A stretch of 63,955 bases of DNA, filler included, from Nanobdellota archaeon (GTDB lineage Archaea > Nanobdellota > Nanobdellia > B33-G15): NCBI GenBank assembly GCA_003660925.1. It is 4 parts of 4 records of this genome, joined end to end, with 100 filler letters (N's around TTAATTAATTAA, not from the genome) between each part and the next. Parts side by side here need not be neighbours in the genome. Positions count along the whole stretch, not along the records: positions 1 to 20,774 come from QMVD01000006.1; positions 20,875 to 40,766 come from QMVD01000007.1; 2 more parts are not named here. One strand, 5' to 3'. Below are positions 17,226 to 26,257 of this stretch, one piece after another. The notes below the pieces were generated by a model. It was not told where the DNA came from. It was given only the letters and a program-made list of their open reading frames with translations, and searched no databases. The position numbers were made by a program, and so were the translations under genes. How positions within the stretch are numbered: the stretch's first letter is position 1; each line of letters begins with the position of its first letter.

Positions 17226-18145
17226 TGAAGATAGACAATATTTATGTGGGAAAGGGAGAAGTAGTTAGAGGGGCGCTCAAGGTCGGGGAGCTCCCAGACA
17301 CTTCCCCCATCTTGCTCCCATTGACCATCATCTCTGGGGTCGAGAAGGGCCCAACCCTCTTGATCTGTTCTGCTGTCCACGGTAACGAAGTCAATGGGGT
17401 GGAGTTGAACTTCAGGCTCTCCAATTCCGTGGACCCAAGCGAGTTGAGGGGGAAACTCATCATCCTGAGCATAGCGAACCCTCCAGCCTACAACGCGAAG
17501 CAGAGGAACAACCCCATGGACGAGAAGGATTTGAACAGGTGTTTCCCAGGGAGCGCGAATGGCTCCATAAGCGACAAGATAGCCTATGCCATATTCCACA
17601 GCCTGGTAAAGAGGGCGGATTACCTCATAGATTTACACTCAGGATCCGAGCATTTCAGGATGGTTCCTTTAGTCAAGATCTTCGAGCGCTCTTACGAAAA
17701 CGTGAAGTTTTTCGGGATAAGGTTCGTGGAGACGAGGAAGGGAATAAGAGGAAGTCTGGCGAAGGAAGCTCACAAGATAGGGGTGGAAAGTTACACGTTA
17801 GAGATAGGGGAAGGCGGGAGGTTGGAAGAGGAGTTCGTGTCCTTGGGGTTAAAAGGCATACTCAACTTCATGAGGGGCATAAAAATGTTGGAAGGGAAGG
17901 CCTCTAAGGAAAGAGTACTCTACGTCAAGAAGAGGGTCCAGGTGAACGCCCCGAAGGGAGGAATTTTAGCTCCCAAGATAGAGATTGGAACTAGAGTGAA
18001 GAAAGGGATGAGATTAGGGGAAGTTCACGACGTGTTCACGGGAGAGAGGTATGTGGTGAGAGCCCCGGAGGATGGGTGGGTCTTCGGGGTAAAGAAGAAT
18101 CCTCAGGTTTACACAGGTGAAAAGTGCTTTCTCATCTACAAGTGA
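17222..18145 (+). CDS. Succinylglutamate desuccinylase/aspartoacylase-family (M14-like) peptidase
   Basis: VHGNE, DLNRCFPG, DLHSG, TLEIGE motifs and a C-terminal barrel-sandwich-like domain. Confidence 0.9.
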   Translation: MMKIDNIYVGKGEVVRGALKVGELPDTSPILLPLTIISGVEKGPTLLICSAVHGNEVNGVELNFRLSNSVDPSELRGKLIILSIANPPAYNAKQRNNPMDEKDLNRCFPGSANGSISDKIAYAIFHSLVKRADYLIDLHSGSEHFRMVPLVKIFERSYENVKFFGIRFVETRKGIRGSLAKEAHKIGVESYTLEIGEGGRLEEEFVSLGLKGILNFMRGIKMLEGKASKERVLYVKKRVQVNAPKGGILAPKIEIGTRVKKGMRLGEVHDVFTGERYVVRAPEDGWVFGVKKNPQVYTGEKCFLIYK

Positions 18146-19080
18146 TTTTTGAGATATTTGAGCACATCTGCCACGAACTCCGTGAGGATGTTCTCCCCAG
18201 AGTAGAAGCGCTTCGCCTCATCGTAGAGATAGTCAGCTATTCGTTTGAACAGGTTTACCCCAGTAACTTTGGTTATCATGAAACCTGGGTTCATGTTACA
18301 TTCCAACACCTTTGGGCCGTCCTTCCCAGCCATTATGTCTACCCCACATATACCTGCCCCTATGACCTTGGCCGCCTTGACCGCGATATTCTTCATCTCC
18401 CTGTCGGGCTCGTAAGGGACGTATCTCCCTCCAGCGTGTATGTTGCTCCTTATGTCTTTCTCGCTCGCCACCCTCATGGCAGCGGCATGCACCTTATCGC
18501 CTATGACGAAGAGCCTGACATCCCCTTTCGCTTCTATGAACTCCTCCAACAAGATCTTCTCCCCTTTGGAGATAGAGAAGGCGTCTATCATGGTGTTCGC
18601 GGACTTGGCGTCCTTAGCGAAGATCACCCCTTTCCCTCCGCTCCTCCCCTCCGCCTTCACTATCAAGGGTTCCCCCACCTCGGAGGAGAGGTTTTTGGCG
18701 ATTTGCTTGGAGACCGTGGCTATGGTCTTAGGGACTGGGATCCCGTGAGAAGCCAGGACCATGAGGTTGTACACCTTGTCCCTCGCTATCAAGTAGGATT
18801 CTGGTTTGTTAGGGAAGTATACCTTTCCTTCCAACAATTTCAGGATGAGATAGCCATAGTGTGCGTAACTAGGTCCTATCCTCGGGAGGATCACATCAAA
18901 ATCCTCTAGTTCTTTATCCCTGTACATCACCCTGGTGCTTCCATCCCCTATGTTTATAGTCACTTTCTCTATGGGTACCATGAGGACGGAGGAGAACCTC
19001 TTTTTAAGCTCCTCGAGCAATTGAACGTAGAGCTCCTTCGATTGCTTTATGCTCTCGTAGGAAAGGACGCATATCTTCAT
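18136..19080 (-). CDS. rimK: RimK-family ATP-grasp ligase
   Basis: DVILPRIG, ARDK, PVPKT, SGGKGV, EEFI, DVRLFVIG, RSNIHAGG, GVDI, ECNMNPG. Confidence 0.9.
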   Translation of the reverse strand: MKICVLSYESIKQSKELYVQLLEELKKRFSSVLMVPIEKVTINIGDGSTRVMYRDKELEDFDVILPRIGPSYAHYGYLILKLLEGKVYFPNKPESYLIARDKVYNLMVLASHGIPVPKTIATVSKQIAKNLSSEVGEPLIVKAEGRSGGKGVIFAKDAKSANTMIDAFSISKGEKILLEEFIEAKGDVRLFVIGDKVHAAAMRVASEKDIRSNIHAGGRYVPYEPDREMKNIAVKAAKVIGAGICGVDIMAGKDGPKVLECNMNPGFMITKVTGVNLFKRIADYLYDEAKRFYSGENILTEFVADVLKYLKNHL

Positions 19081-19110
19081 GAGAAAAATCTCTAGATGAC
19101 CGCATTTAAA

Positions 19111-19434
19111 TCAATCGATTTTGACTGAGAACCCCTTCAAGTCCCTCCTCCCTACTATCATCTTGTACTTCATCCTGCTCCTATCCGCCACGCTGACTTC
19201 GGTCTCTATGAGCTTTCCCGCCAGCTCGAACTTGAGTTTCACGAGCTTCCTCCTTTCCCTCCCCAAGCTCGACCTGAACCCTTTTTCTCCCACCTCCCTC
19301 AACTCTAACTCTTCGGCCAGTTCCTTATCTATCGAACTCCTATAAGCTCCGGTATCTATCTTCGCGATGATCTCTATCACCTTTTTCCCGTAAAGCCTTA
19401 CCTTCTCGAATGGCTTTATGATCACCCGAACCAC
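19111..19434 (-). CDS. RimK-associated retropepsin-like aspartic protease (RimB-like)
   Basis: AKIDTGAYRSSID, ADRSRMKYKMIVGRRDL. Directly upstream of rimK. Confidence 0.88.
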   Translation of the reverse strand: MVRVIIKPFEKVRLYGKKVIEIIAKIDTGAYRSSIDKELAEELELREVGEKGFRSSLGRERRKLVKLKFELAGKLIETEVSVADRSRMKYKMIVGRRDLKGFSVKID

Positions 19435-19895
19435 CCCACTAGGGAAAAGAGAGCTCCAGGTTTATATTTTACCACTTCCTCCACCAGTTCATTCCTCACA
19501 TAGGACTCTTTGTACTTCAATCCCAACAGGTCTGCGAAGAACTTCAACTCCTCGTACCTAAAGTTGTAGAGAGGTTTGTCCTTCAGGATCACCTTCGGGA
19601 ACTTGCCCTCGAAGAGGCTTAACAGGATATCGTTGGCTATCTTCTCCAAATAATCCGCCTTCACCTTCCTCCCCCTGGAGAAGCGGAATGGTTTTCCTTC
19701 CATGAGTTTCCTCAACACGACCTCTGGTAAGGTCTTTCCTTTCGGTAGGGATAGGGCCTCTCCTTTCTTGAAAAATCTCCTCAAATTACTTCCAAACCTC
19801 TTCCTCACCATCCTGAGGAAATGCTTCTCGCAAAGCCACTTACCTAGGTAAGGGAGAAATATCGCCCCCTTTCTCCCACAGATGTGACACCGCAT
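19422..19895 (-). CDS. Short TtuA/Ncs6-like protein: N-terminal Zn finger, no PP-loop
   Basis: MRCHICGRKG...LCEKHFLRMV matches the TtuA/NcsA N-terminal Zn finger. KPLY..ELKFFA and PGALFSL resemble the C-terminal part. No SGGKDS. Confidence 0.6.
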   Translation of the reverse strand: MRCHICGRKGAIFLPYLGKWLCEKHFLRMVRKRFGSNLRRFFKKGEALSLPKGKTLPEVVLRKLMEGKPFRFSRGRKVKADYLEKIANDILLSLFEGKFPKVILKDKPLYNFRYEELKFFADLLGLKYKESYVRNELVEEVVKYKPGALFSLVGWFG

Positions 19896-19932
19896 GGAAA
19901 AGGTTAAATCGAGCCCGAAGTTAAAGTTTTCC

Positions 19933-20774
19933 ATGCTTGAGATAGATGGCTCTCGCCTAGAAGGGGGAGGACAAATAGTCAGGAATGCAGTTGCCCTCAG
20001 CGTGGTGACAGGGAAGCCTGTGAGGGTCTATAACATAAGGGCGAACAGGCCAAATCCGGGATTGAAGAATCAACACATGCATTCTATAATGGCGTTGAGG
20101 GAATTATGTGATGCAGAGGTGGATGGTCTGTTCTTGGGGAGCAGGGAGATAAAGTTCGTGCCAGGAGAGCCCAGAAAAAAAAGGATAAAGGTGGAGATAC
20201 CCACGGCTGGTTCCATCACCTTAGCCATGCAGAGCCTCTGGCTCCCCTGTTCCCTCAAAGGGTGTGAGGTAGAGTTCGTGGGGGGAGCGACGGACACCAA
20301 ATGGAGCATGCCTATGGATTACGTGAGGTTCGTCTTCCTCCCTCAAGTCAAGAAGTTGGGTTTTGAGGCTGAGGTGGAGATCCATAGGAGGGGCTATTAC
20401 CCAAGGGGAGGGGCCCACGTCACCTTTAAGATAGGGAAGTGGAAGCCAGAACCCTATGAGTTTGAGAGAGGAGGGAAAAAAGGGATTTTTGGCGTATCCT
20501 GTTCCTCCATAGAGGGGGTGGCTGAAAGGCAGAAAAAGGCCGCGTTAAGATGTCTAGGAGAGGGGGAGATAGAGGCGGTATATGAGGACGCCCCTTCCCC
20601 TGGCTCGAGCATAGTCATCTGGGCGGATTATGAAAAGACCCTGATAGGAGCTGATGCCCTGGGAGAGAAGGGAAAACCAAGCGAGGTAGTGGGAAGGGAA
20701 GCGTGTGAGAGGTTGCTCTTAGAAATGGAAAGGGGATGGAGCGTGGACGAACACATGGGAGACAATCTAGTTCC
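19933..20774 (+). CDS. rtcA: RNA 3'-terminal phosphate cyclase, truncated by contig end
   Basis: IDGSRLEGGGQIVR, IRANRPNPGLKNQH, GGATD, RRGYYPRGG, DEHMGDNL. Confidence 0.96.
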
Positions 20775-20874
20775 NNNNNNNNNNNNNNNNNNNNNNNNNN
20801 NNNNNNNNNNNNNNNNNNTTAATTAATTAANNNNNNNNNNNNNNNNNNNNNNNNNNNNNNNNNNNNNNNNNNNN
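20775..20874. other. Artificial contig linker (N44-TTAATTAATTAA-N44)
   Basis: N runs flanking a six-frame stop linker, with the same form at all three joins. Confidence 0.98.
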
Positions 20875-21851
20875 ATGAAATATGCCACTGTCTTTATGCC
20901 CAACTCCTTACAAAGCTTGAATGTTCTCTCTATGGTTTCGTTGCTTTCCCCTTTCCCTATGACCTTATTCCTCACCCTCTCACTTCCTGATTCGACCCCG
21001 AACTTTATGTTGAGACAACCAGCCTCCTTCATCGCCCTCAGCAACTCATAATTCACTTTGTCTGCCCTCGTCTCGCATCCCCACTTCAACCCTATTTTTC
21101 TCTTCTTCATCTCCTCACACAACCTCCTCGTCCTTCTCTCGTCTAGGGTGAACATGTCGTCTTGAATCTCCACATACTCGTATCCCAATCCCTCGATCTC
21201 TTCCATCTCCTTAATGACCCTCTCTATCGAATGCGTCCTGTAAGGCCTCCTAACAGGGAGGGCGCAGAAGATGCAGTTGTAGGGACATCCTCTACTCGTT
21301 ATCATAGTGGTCACTTTACCATGAAAGAGGGGAGTGTGGTATCTTGTTTTGCTTGCTTCCTCCCTCAGAGGAGGAGGGATGGAATCCAAATCCCTCACGA
21401 TGTACACTCCATTCCGTTTCACGCCTTTTCCTTCCCTGTAGATTAGTCCTGGGATGTCCAAATCGAAGTCCGTCACGATCTCGTGGATGACCTCTTCCCC
21501 TTCCCCCGCGAAGCCGAACGTGGACCCGAGGGATAATATGGAATGGGGGTGATAGGTGACGTGAGGCCCACCGACTATCGTTTTTATCCCCTCATCGAGG
21601 CCTCTTATGATCTCGTACGCGAAGGGGAGGTTGAAGGAGTTCACGTATATCCCCACCCATTCGGGCGACTTTTCATTTATCCTCCTTACAGCTCGTTCGT
21701 TGGACAAACCTAGGACTGGTAAATCTAAAAGCTCGAACTCCACTCCCTTCTCCTTCAAGGATGAGGCGAGGTAGCGTAGCCCCAACTGAGGATATAACTG
21801 AACGGGAACGTGTGCTTTCTTTCCCATCCCAAGGTAGTTCGGATTAACCAA
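20875..21851 (-). CDS. B12-binding-domain radical SAM protein, 3'-truncated
   Basis: PQLGLRYLAS, VGGPHVT, GEGE, TSRGCPYNCIFC, DDMFT, GVESGS. Confidence 0.92.
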
Positions 21852-22935
21852 GATTACCTGTGTAATCTTGGATCGCCTCCTTCATCTTCTTCACGTCTTC
21901 CTCGTTCACGCCCTCATGGATTGGGAGATAGCAGACACTCTCGCTTAGTTTCCTCGCGGTGTCTGAATATCCCTTGAGCCATGTCTTCTGGACATCAATG
22001 CCGTAAGAGAGCATGTGCTTCCTGAAGGGCTCCTTGTCCCCTGAGAAAAAACATAGGTTATGGAAATTGGGCTTCCCAATGTACTTTGGGAAGAACTCTT
22101 CGAGACCTTTCATTATTTTCCTCGCTTTTCTCCTCCTCGCCTCGATCTTCCCCTCTAATCGTTCGAGTTGAAGGACCCCCGCATTCCCCTGGAGGTCGTG
22201 CATGAGCATGGGCTTTATCCCCCGGTCCTCGAATAAGAGGGAGAGGATGTCCCCAAATCTCAGGAACGGACCTACGAATGTCGAAAACACAGTTCTTTTA
22301 GACATCACGTGGAACGCGTTGTTCTTCAGGTATTTGAAAAAGGTGTTGAAGAGAGAAGGCTTGGGGTATCTCCTCAATTCCTTTCGTATTTTCTTCCCCA
22401 CACTCTCATCCTCTACCAGCACAGCCCCCCCTCCCGCGGTGTTTATCATCTTTCCCATCCCAAAACTCAAGATGGCTGCATCCCCAAATGTACCGGTTTT
22501 CTTCCCATGTATCGAAGAACCCAGGGCGTGAGCGCAGTCTTCTACGAGTAGGAAGCCCTTTTCTTCGGCAATCTTCTTTATCTTCTTCATGTAACAGGGG
22601 TTTCCCTCGGTGTGGAGGACTATCAAGGCCTTACCTTCCTCTCTTTCGATGTCCTTTGGAACTACGTTCATCGTCCTCTCATCCACTTCTATGAAAACTG
22701 GTGTGGCCACCTCCTCCACTACTTTCACAACTGAAGATGCGTTAAAGGAAGAAAGCAACACCTTGTCCCTCTTCCTTATGCCATACGCCTTCAATATGAG
22801 CTTCAAGCCGACCCTCCCGCTGGGAGTAAGTAAGGCTTTCCTGTCAAAGTACTCGGACAACGCCTCCTCAAATTTTGATATGCCACCCTTGGAAAGGTCA
22901 AAATTCATTCTTGGAACGAACACTCTGGGAAGCAT
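21844..22935 (-). CDS. DegT/DnrJ/EryC1/StrS PLP-dependent aminotransferase
   Basis: SGRVGL, EDCAHALG, SFGMGK (PLP Lys), GGGA, LPIH. Confidence 0.88.
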   Translation of the reverse strand: MLPRVFVPRMNFDLSKGGISKFEEALSEYFDRKALLTPSGRVGLKLILKAYGIRKRDKVLLSSFNASSVVKVVEEVATPVFIEVDERTMNVVPKDIEREEGKALIVLHTEGNPCYMKKIKKIAEEKGFLLVEDCAHALGSSIHGKKTGTFGDAAILSFGMGKMINTAGGGAVLVEDESVGKKIRKELRRYPKPSLFNTFFKYLKNNAFHVMSKRTVFSTFVGPFLRFGDILSLLFEDRGIKPMLMHDLQGNAGVLQLERLEGKIEARRRKARKIMKGLEEFFPKYIGKPNFHNLCFFSGDKEPFRKHMLSYGIDVQKTWLKGYSDTARKLSESVCYLPIHEGVNEEDVKKMKEAIQDYTGNLG

Positions 22936-24794
22936 ATCTCATAGACGGTAAATCTGCCCTTGTTATAAAGCTTTTTGAAATACCTCTCGTCATTTAGCCT
23001 GTCGAAGACTTCCGTCTGATTTCCCACGTAATAATCGAAGAAATCCTCGCTCAGTGAAGAGTCCATCACGAAGAAGTCATAACCTTCCAGTTCTCTCATG
23101 CTCTTGGGGGCCCACCCACCGAACTTCCTACCTTCCAAGAAATAACCCATCAAGAGGGAATCCCCCATCAGATACAGTCCCCCTGTGGTGTTCTCCTCCA
23201 AGAACTTCTCTAAGTCGTAAAGGTCACCCAACACCAATTGTCTCTTATCTTCCTCACTCATCAGCGGGTTCTTGATGACCTCCAAGAAGACTTCCTTTCC
23301 CAGTGAGTAGTAAAGATGCTCCGGCAAGAGCAACATGATTATCACCCAGGTCAAAATGATGTCCCTCCTTGCCAACTCGTCGAGAAATGTCCCGGAGAGG
23401 ACTGATAGGAGCGGGGCTATTAGGAAGAGATAACGAGAGATTTTGGCGTGTACGAAAAACCAATAGGAAAAGACTACCAATGCGGGGAGCAGCAGGAAGA
23501 AGGCTTTCTTCCTGCTTTCTCTCCTGACGAGGAGTACGGGGAGCGCTAAGAGGGAGAAGAGGATCAACATCTCCCTGTGCATGAGCGCGTTCGAAAGAAT
23601 CTGGGACAATTCTATAGGCCTGTAGAATTGTGTGTCTATGTACACCACTTGCTCAAATAAGTAACCATGGAATCTCAGGTTCAGCGCGTAGAACGAGAAA
23701 CACACCAATAATGAACATAACAAAGCGATGAGAGGACCTTCTGTCGATCCAATCTTTTTATCCAATATCATCAGAAAGGCTAAGAATAAGAGCACCGGGA
23801 GGGCTATGAGCAAGGCGTGTTTGCACCACAAGCCCGCTCCTAGCATGAGGCCGGATAGCTCCGCGTCCATCCCCTTCTTCTTAAGCGCGTACCTGGAAAG
23901 GAAGAACACGGACATGGAGAAGAAGAAAGCTGAGGGAACTTCTAAAGCTTCCAATCCATCTTGGGAGATCGTGGGAGGCTCTCCGAGGGCAAACCAGCTG
24001 AACAAACAGAGGGAGAGCATAGAGAAGAGGCCCACTTTCTTGTTGAATAGATCCCTCCCGAATAAGTAGGTAGAAGAGGCGAGCATCCACATGAAGATCA
24101 CGTCTATCAATTTTGCCAAGTGTTCATGCACCCCACCAAAGCACATGTAAGTATAGAGGTAGGAGAGAGGTATTAAGAGGGGGTAGTCATTTATGGACAT
24201 TAACTTTCGAGAGAGGTACATGAACTTAGCTTCCATTCCGTACCTTCCCAAGGTATCTGCTGCTATGAAAGGGAAGTATAAGGTCCTGAAAGAGAGGATG
24301 AGGATGACCAAGAAAGCCAAAGAAAGGAAGCACATCTCGTGAAGGGTTAAATTAGGGAGGGAGAACTTTGGTGTCTTCACTTCAAATAAGAGGTGTTGAG
24401 AGAGGAAGATCAGGATGCAGATGACCAAGACGGGTATGAGGTAAAGGAGATCTAACATTCCCATTAGGAACATGAGCAGGGTCAGGACGCAGAGGCTGAG
24501 GGAGACCGTCAACAGCACGAAGATCAGACCATCCTTAGTCAGCCTAGAAGCGACAGGGTACATGAACGTCAATCCGAAGAGAAATGTGAAGAGGCGAACT
24601 AATGGGCCAAGGAGAGGTAAAGAAAGTAGGCGAAATTCGAGGGCGCTTAACGGGGTGGTTAGTGGTTCGTTCGGTATGATAGCCTCGTCTCCCACACAGC
24701 TGAACCAGTCCCTTCTAAACAAGAGGATTAAGATGTTGAGGGAGAAGAACAAGGCCAGGAGATACAGCGCTTCTTTGCGGAACCTCCCCTTCAT
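22905..24794 (-). CDS. GT-C (ArnT/PMT-like) multi-TM glycosyltransferase
   Basis: Many TM helices, ADTLGRY and DYPLL loop, GLWCKH, RYLFLIAP, soluble C-terminal domain. Confidence 0.75.
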   Translation of the reverse strand: MKGRFRKEALYLLALFFSLNILILLFRRDWFSCVGDEAIIPNEPLTTPLSALEFRLLSLPLLGPLVRLFTFLFGLTFMYPVASRLTKDGLIFVLLTVSLSLCVLTLLMFLMGMLDLLYLIPVLVICILIFLSQHLLFEVKTPKFSLPNLTLHEMCFLSLAFLVILILSFRTLYFPFIAADTLGRYGMEAKFMYLSRKLMSINDYPLLIPLSYLYTYMCFGGVHEHLAKLIDVIFMWMLASSTYLFGRDLFNKKVGLFSMLSLCLFSWFALGEPPTISQDGLEALEVPSAFFFSMSVFFLSRYALKKKGMDAELSGLMLGAGLWCKHALLIALPVLLFLAFLMILDKKIGSTEGPLIALLCSLLVCFSFYALNLRFHGYLFEQVVYIDTQFYRPIELSQILSNALMHREMLILFSLLALPVLLVRRESRKKAFFLLLPALVVFSYWFFVHAKISRYLFLIAPLLSVLSGTFLDELARRDIILTWVIIMLLLPEHLYYSLGKEVFLEVIKNPLMSEEDKRQLVLGDLYDLEKFLEENTTGGLYLMGDSLLMGYFLEGRKFGGWAPKSMRELEGYDFFVMDSSLSEDFFDYYVGNQTEVFDRLNDERYFKKLYNKGRFTVYEICFPECSFQE

Positions 24795-26257
24795 TTCCTC
24801 TTCAAGATTATTGTGTTGCCTATCCTTTTAAACTCTTCAAAGTAGGGGGAAGTCTCGTTCAGGCAGATCTTCAAGACATCCTGACCCACCCTCTCCTCAA
24901 AATTCATCAGGAATTCGCTCTTCTCGCTCGTACATATCACGTAGTTCACTTCTCCTTCCAGCAACTTTCGTAGGGAAGGCAAATCCTCCACCTCATTTAT
25001 CTCCGGCAATCGGATCTCCTGGGCCGGGAAGAAGTAAATAGGGACATCCCTGTGAAGATAAGTATACCCTCCCGTCTCCGACCATGTCTCAAAGACCAGT
25101 AGGGATCTAAGATCTTCTTGTTTTCCAACCAACTCCATAGCTGAACACAAGTCCTTCCTCGGGGACCAGTCGAGTTTTGAGCCCAGCCAGAGGGAGACGA
25201 GAAAGACGAAGAAAATGAGCTTAAAATATTCTCTCCTCAAGGAGAACTTGCTCAACAGGAGATAGAATCCCCTTGAAAAGAAGAGCAAAAAGATAGGTAT
25301 GAGAAAAAAGATGAACCTGAACTCCTTGTGGGGCACCCAAGAGAAGAAGAGCAGTGACAGGAAAAAGATATCGCTCAATAACTTTTCCTTACGATTTCCA
25401 AGGGTGGACGCGTATGCTGAATAAGGGAAAGCCACCAAAGATAGGGGCCCCAGGTGATTCAGTAGGCTCACGAGGTAGTACTCGATGGGTTCTTCTCCGA
25501 AGAGCTTGGTTCCTTCCCCAAAGAAGTTATAGCGAATGAATTCCAGAGGAGAGTGGAGGAACCCTCCCCAAGTCACCACGTCGAGGAGCCCCTGAAACAG
25601 GAGCATTAAGAGGAGGCCAGACATCAAACCAGTCATTTTCCTCCCGAGGAAGAGGAGGAGGGGTGGCAGGACCACGAGCACTGTGAACCTCACCATAAAG
25701 GCGATCCCCAAGAAGACACCTGAAAGGAAGGGATTGGCCTTCTTCCTTAGAGCGAAGTAAATGGAAAGAAGGAGGAAAGGTGTGGCAAAAGGCGTGCTCA
25801 GGGTCCGAGAAGAAAAATAAAGGAGTTCCCACCAGAAAGTCGCCACGACACCTGAGAAGAGGGCTACTTTCTTACCATAGATCTCCAGGCCGATCTTATA
25901 CATAAGCAAGGGGACGAGGGCGGAAAACAAGGAGGCTACAAACCTGAACCAAATGGTGGAGTAACGAAAAGGGTTCAACAAATCGAGGAAGGAGAGGAGC
26001 AAAGGAAAAAAATAGGAACGCTCCCCCCAAGACCAATCGACGACGTCTTTAAATTCTCTGCTCCTGAACTCAAAGGGCCTGATACCATATCCATAGCGTA
26101 TCCTATGGGCCTGCTCGACCGTTTGGAAAATCTCGTCAGAATGCAAGAAGCCACCGGAGTAAAATAGGGAGAAAAGTCTAAAGAGAAGGGAAAGGAAAAG
26201 TATGAGAAATTCATCCCTTCTCGTAAATTTCCACGAAAAAATACTCGTCCTCACCAT
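24791..26257 (-). CDS. GT22 (PIG-B/ALG9-like) mannosyltransferase homologue
   Basis: HSDEIFQTVEQAH..YGYG..PFEF, RSY, SRTLS, RFT, FIRYN, HKEFRFI: the PIG-B/ALG9-family signatures. Confidence 0.85.
   Translation of the reverse strand: MVRTSIFSWKFTRRDEFLILFLSLLFRLFSLFYSGGFLHSDEIFQTVEQAHRIRYGYGIRPFEFRSREFKDVVDWSWGERSYFFPLLLSFLDLLNPFRYSTIWFRFVASLFSALVPLLMYKIGLEIYGKKVALFSGVVATFWWELLYFSSRTLSTPFATPFLLLSIYFALRKKANPFLSGVFLGIAFMVRFTVLVVLPPLLLFLGRKMTGLMSGLLLMLLFQGLLDVVTWGGFLHSPLEFIRYNFFGEGTKLFGEEPIEYYLVSLLNHLGPLSLVAFPYSAYASTLGNRKEKLLSDIFFLSLLFFSWVPHKEFRFIFFLIPIFLLFFSRGFYLLLSKFSLRREYFKLIFFVFLVSLWLGSKLDWSPRKDLCSAMELVGKQEDLRSLLVFETWSETGGYTYLHRDVPIYFFPAQEIRLPEINEVEDLPSLRKLLEGEVNYVICTSEKSEFLMNFEERVGQDVLKICLNETSPYFEEFKRIGNTIILKRK

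Noticed and set aside
20775..20874. TTAATTAATTAA palindrome in N runs, repeated three times (also 40767-40866 and 59215-59314)
   Set aside because: Assembly or concatenation linker with stops in all six frames. It is not a repeat element, and ORFs ending in X..N are artefactually terminated.
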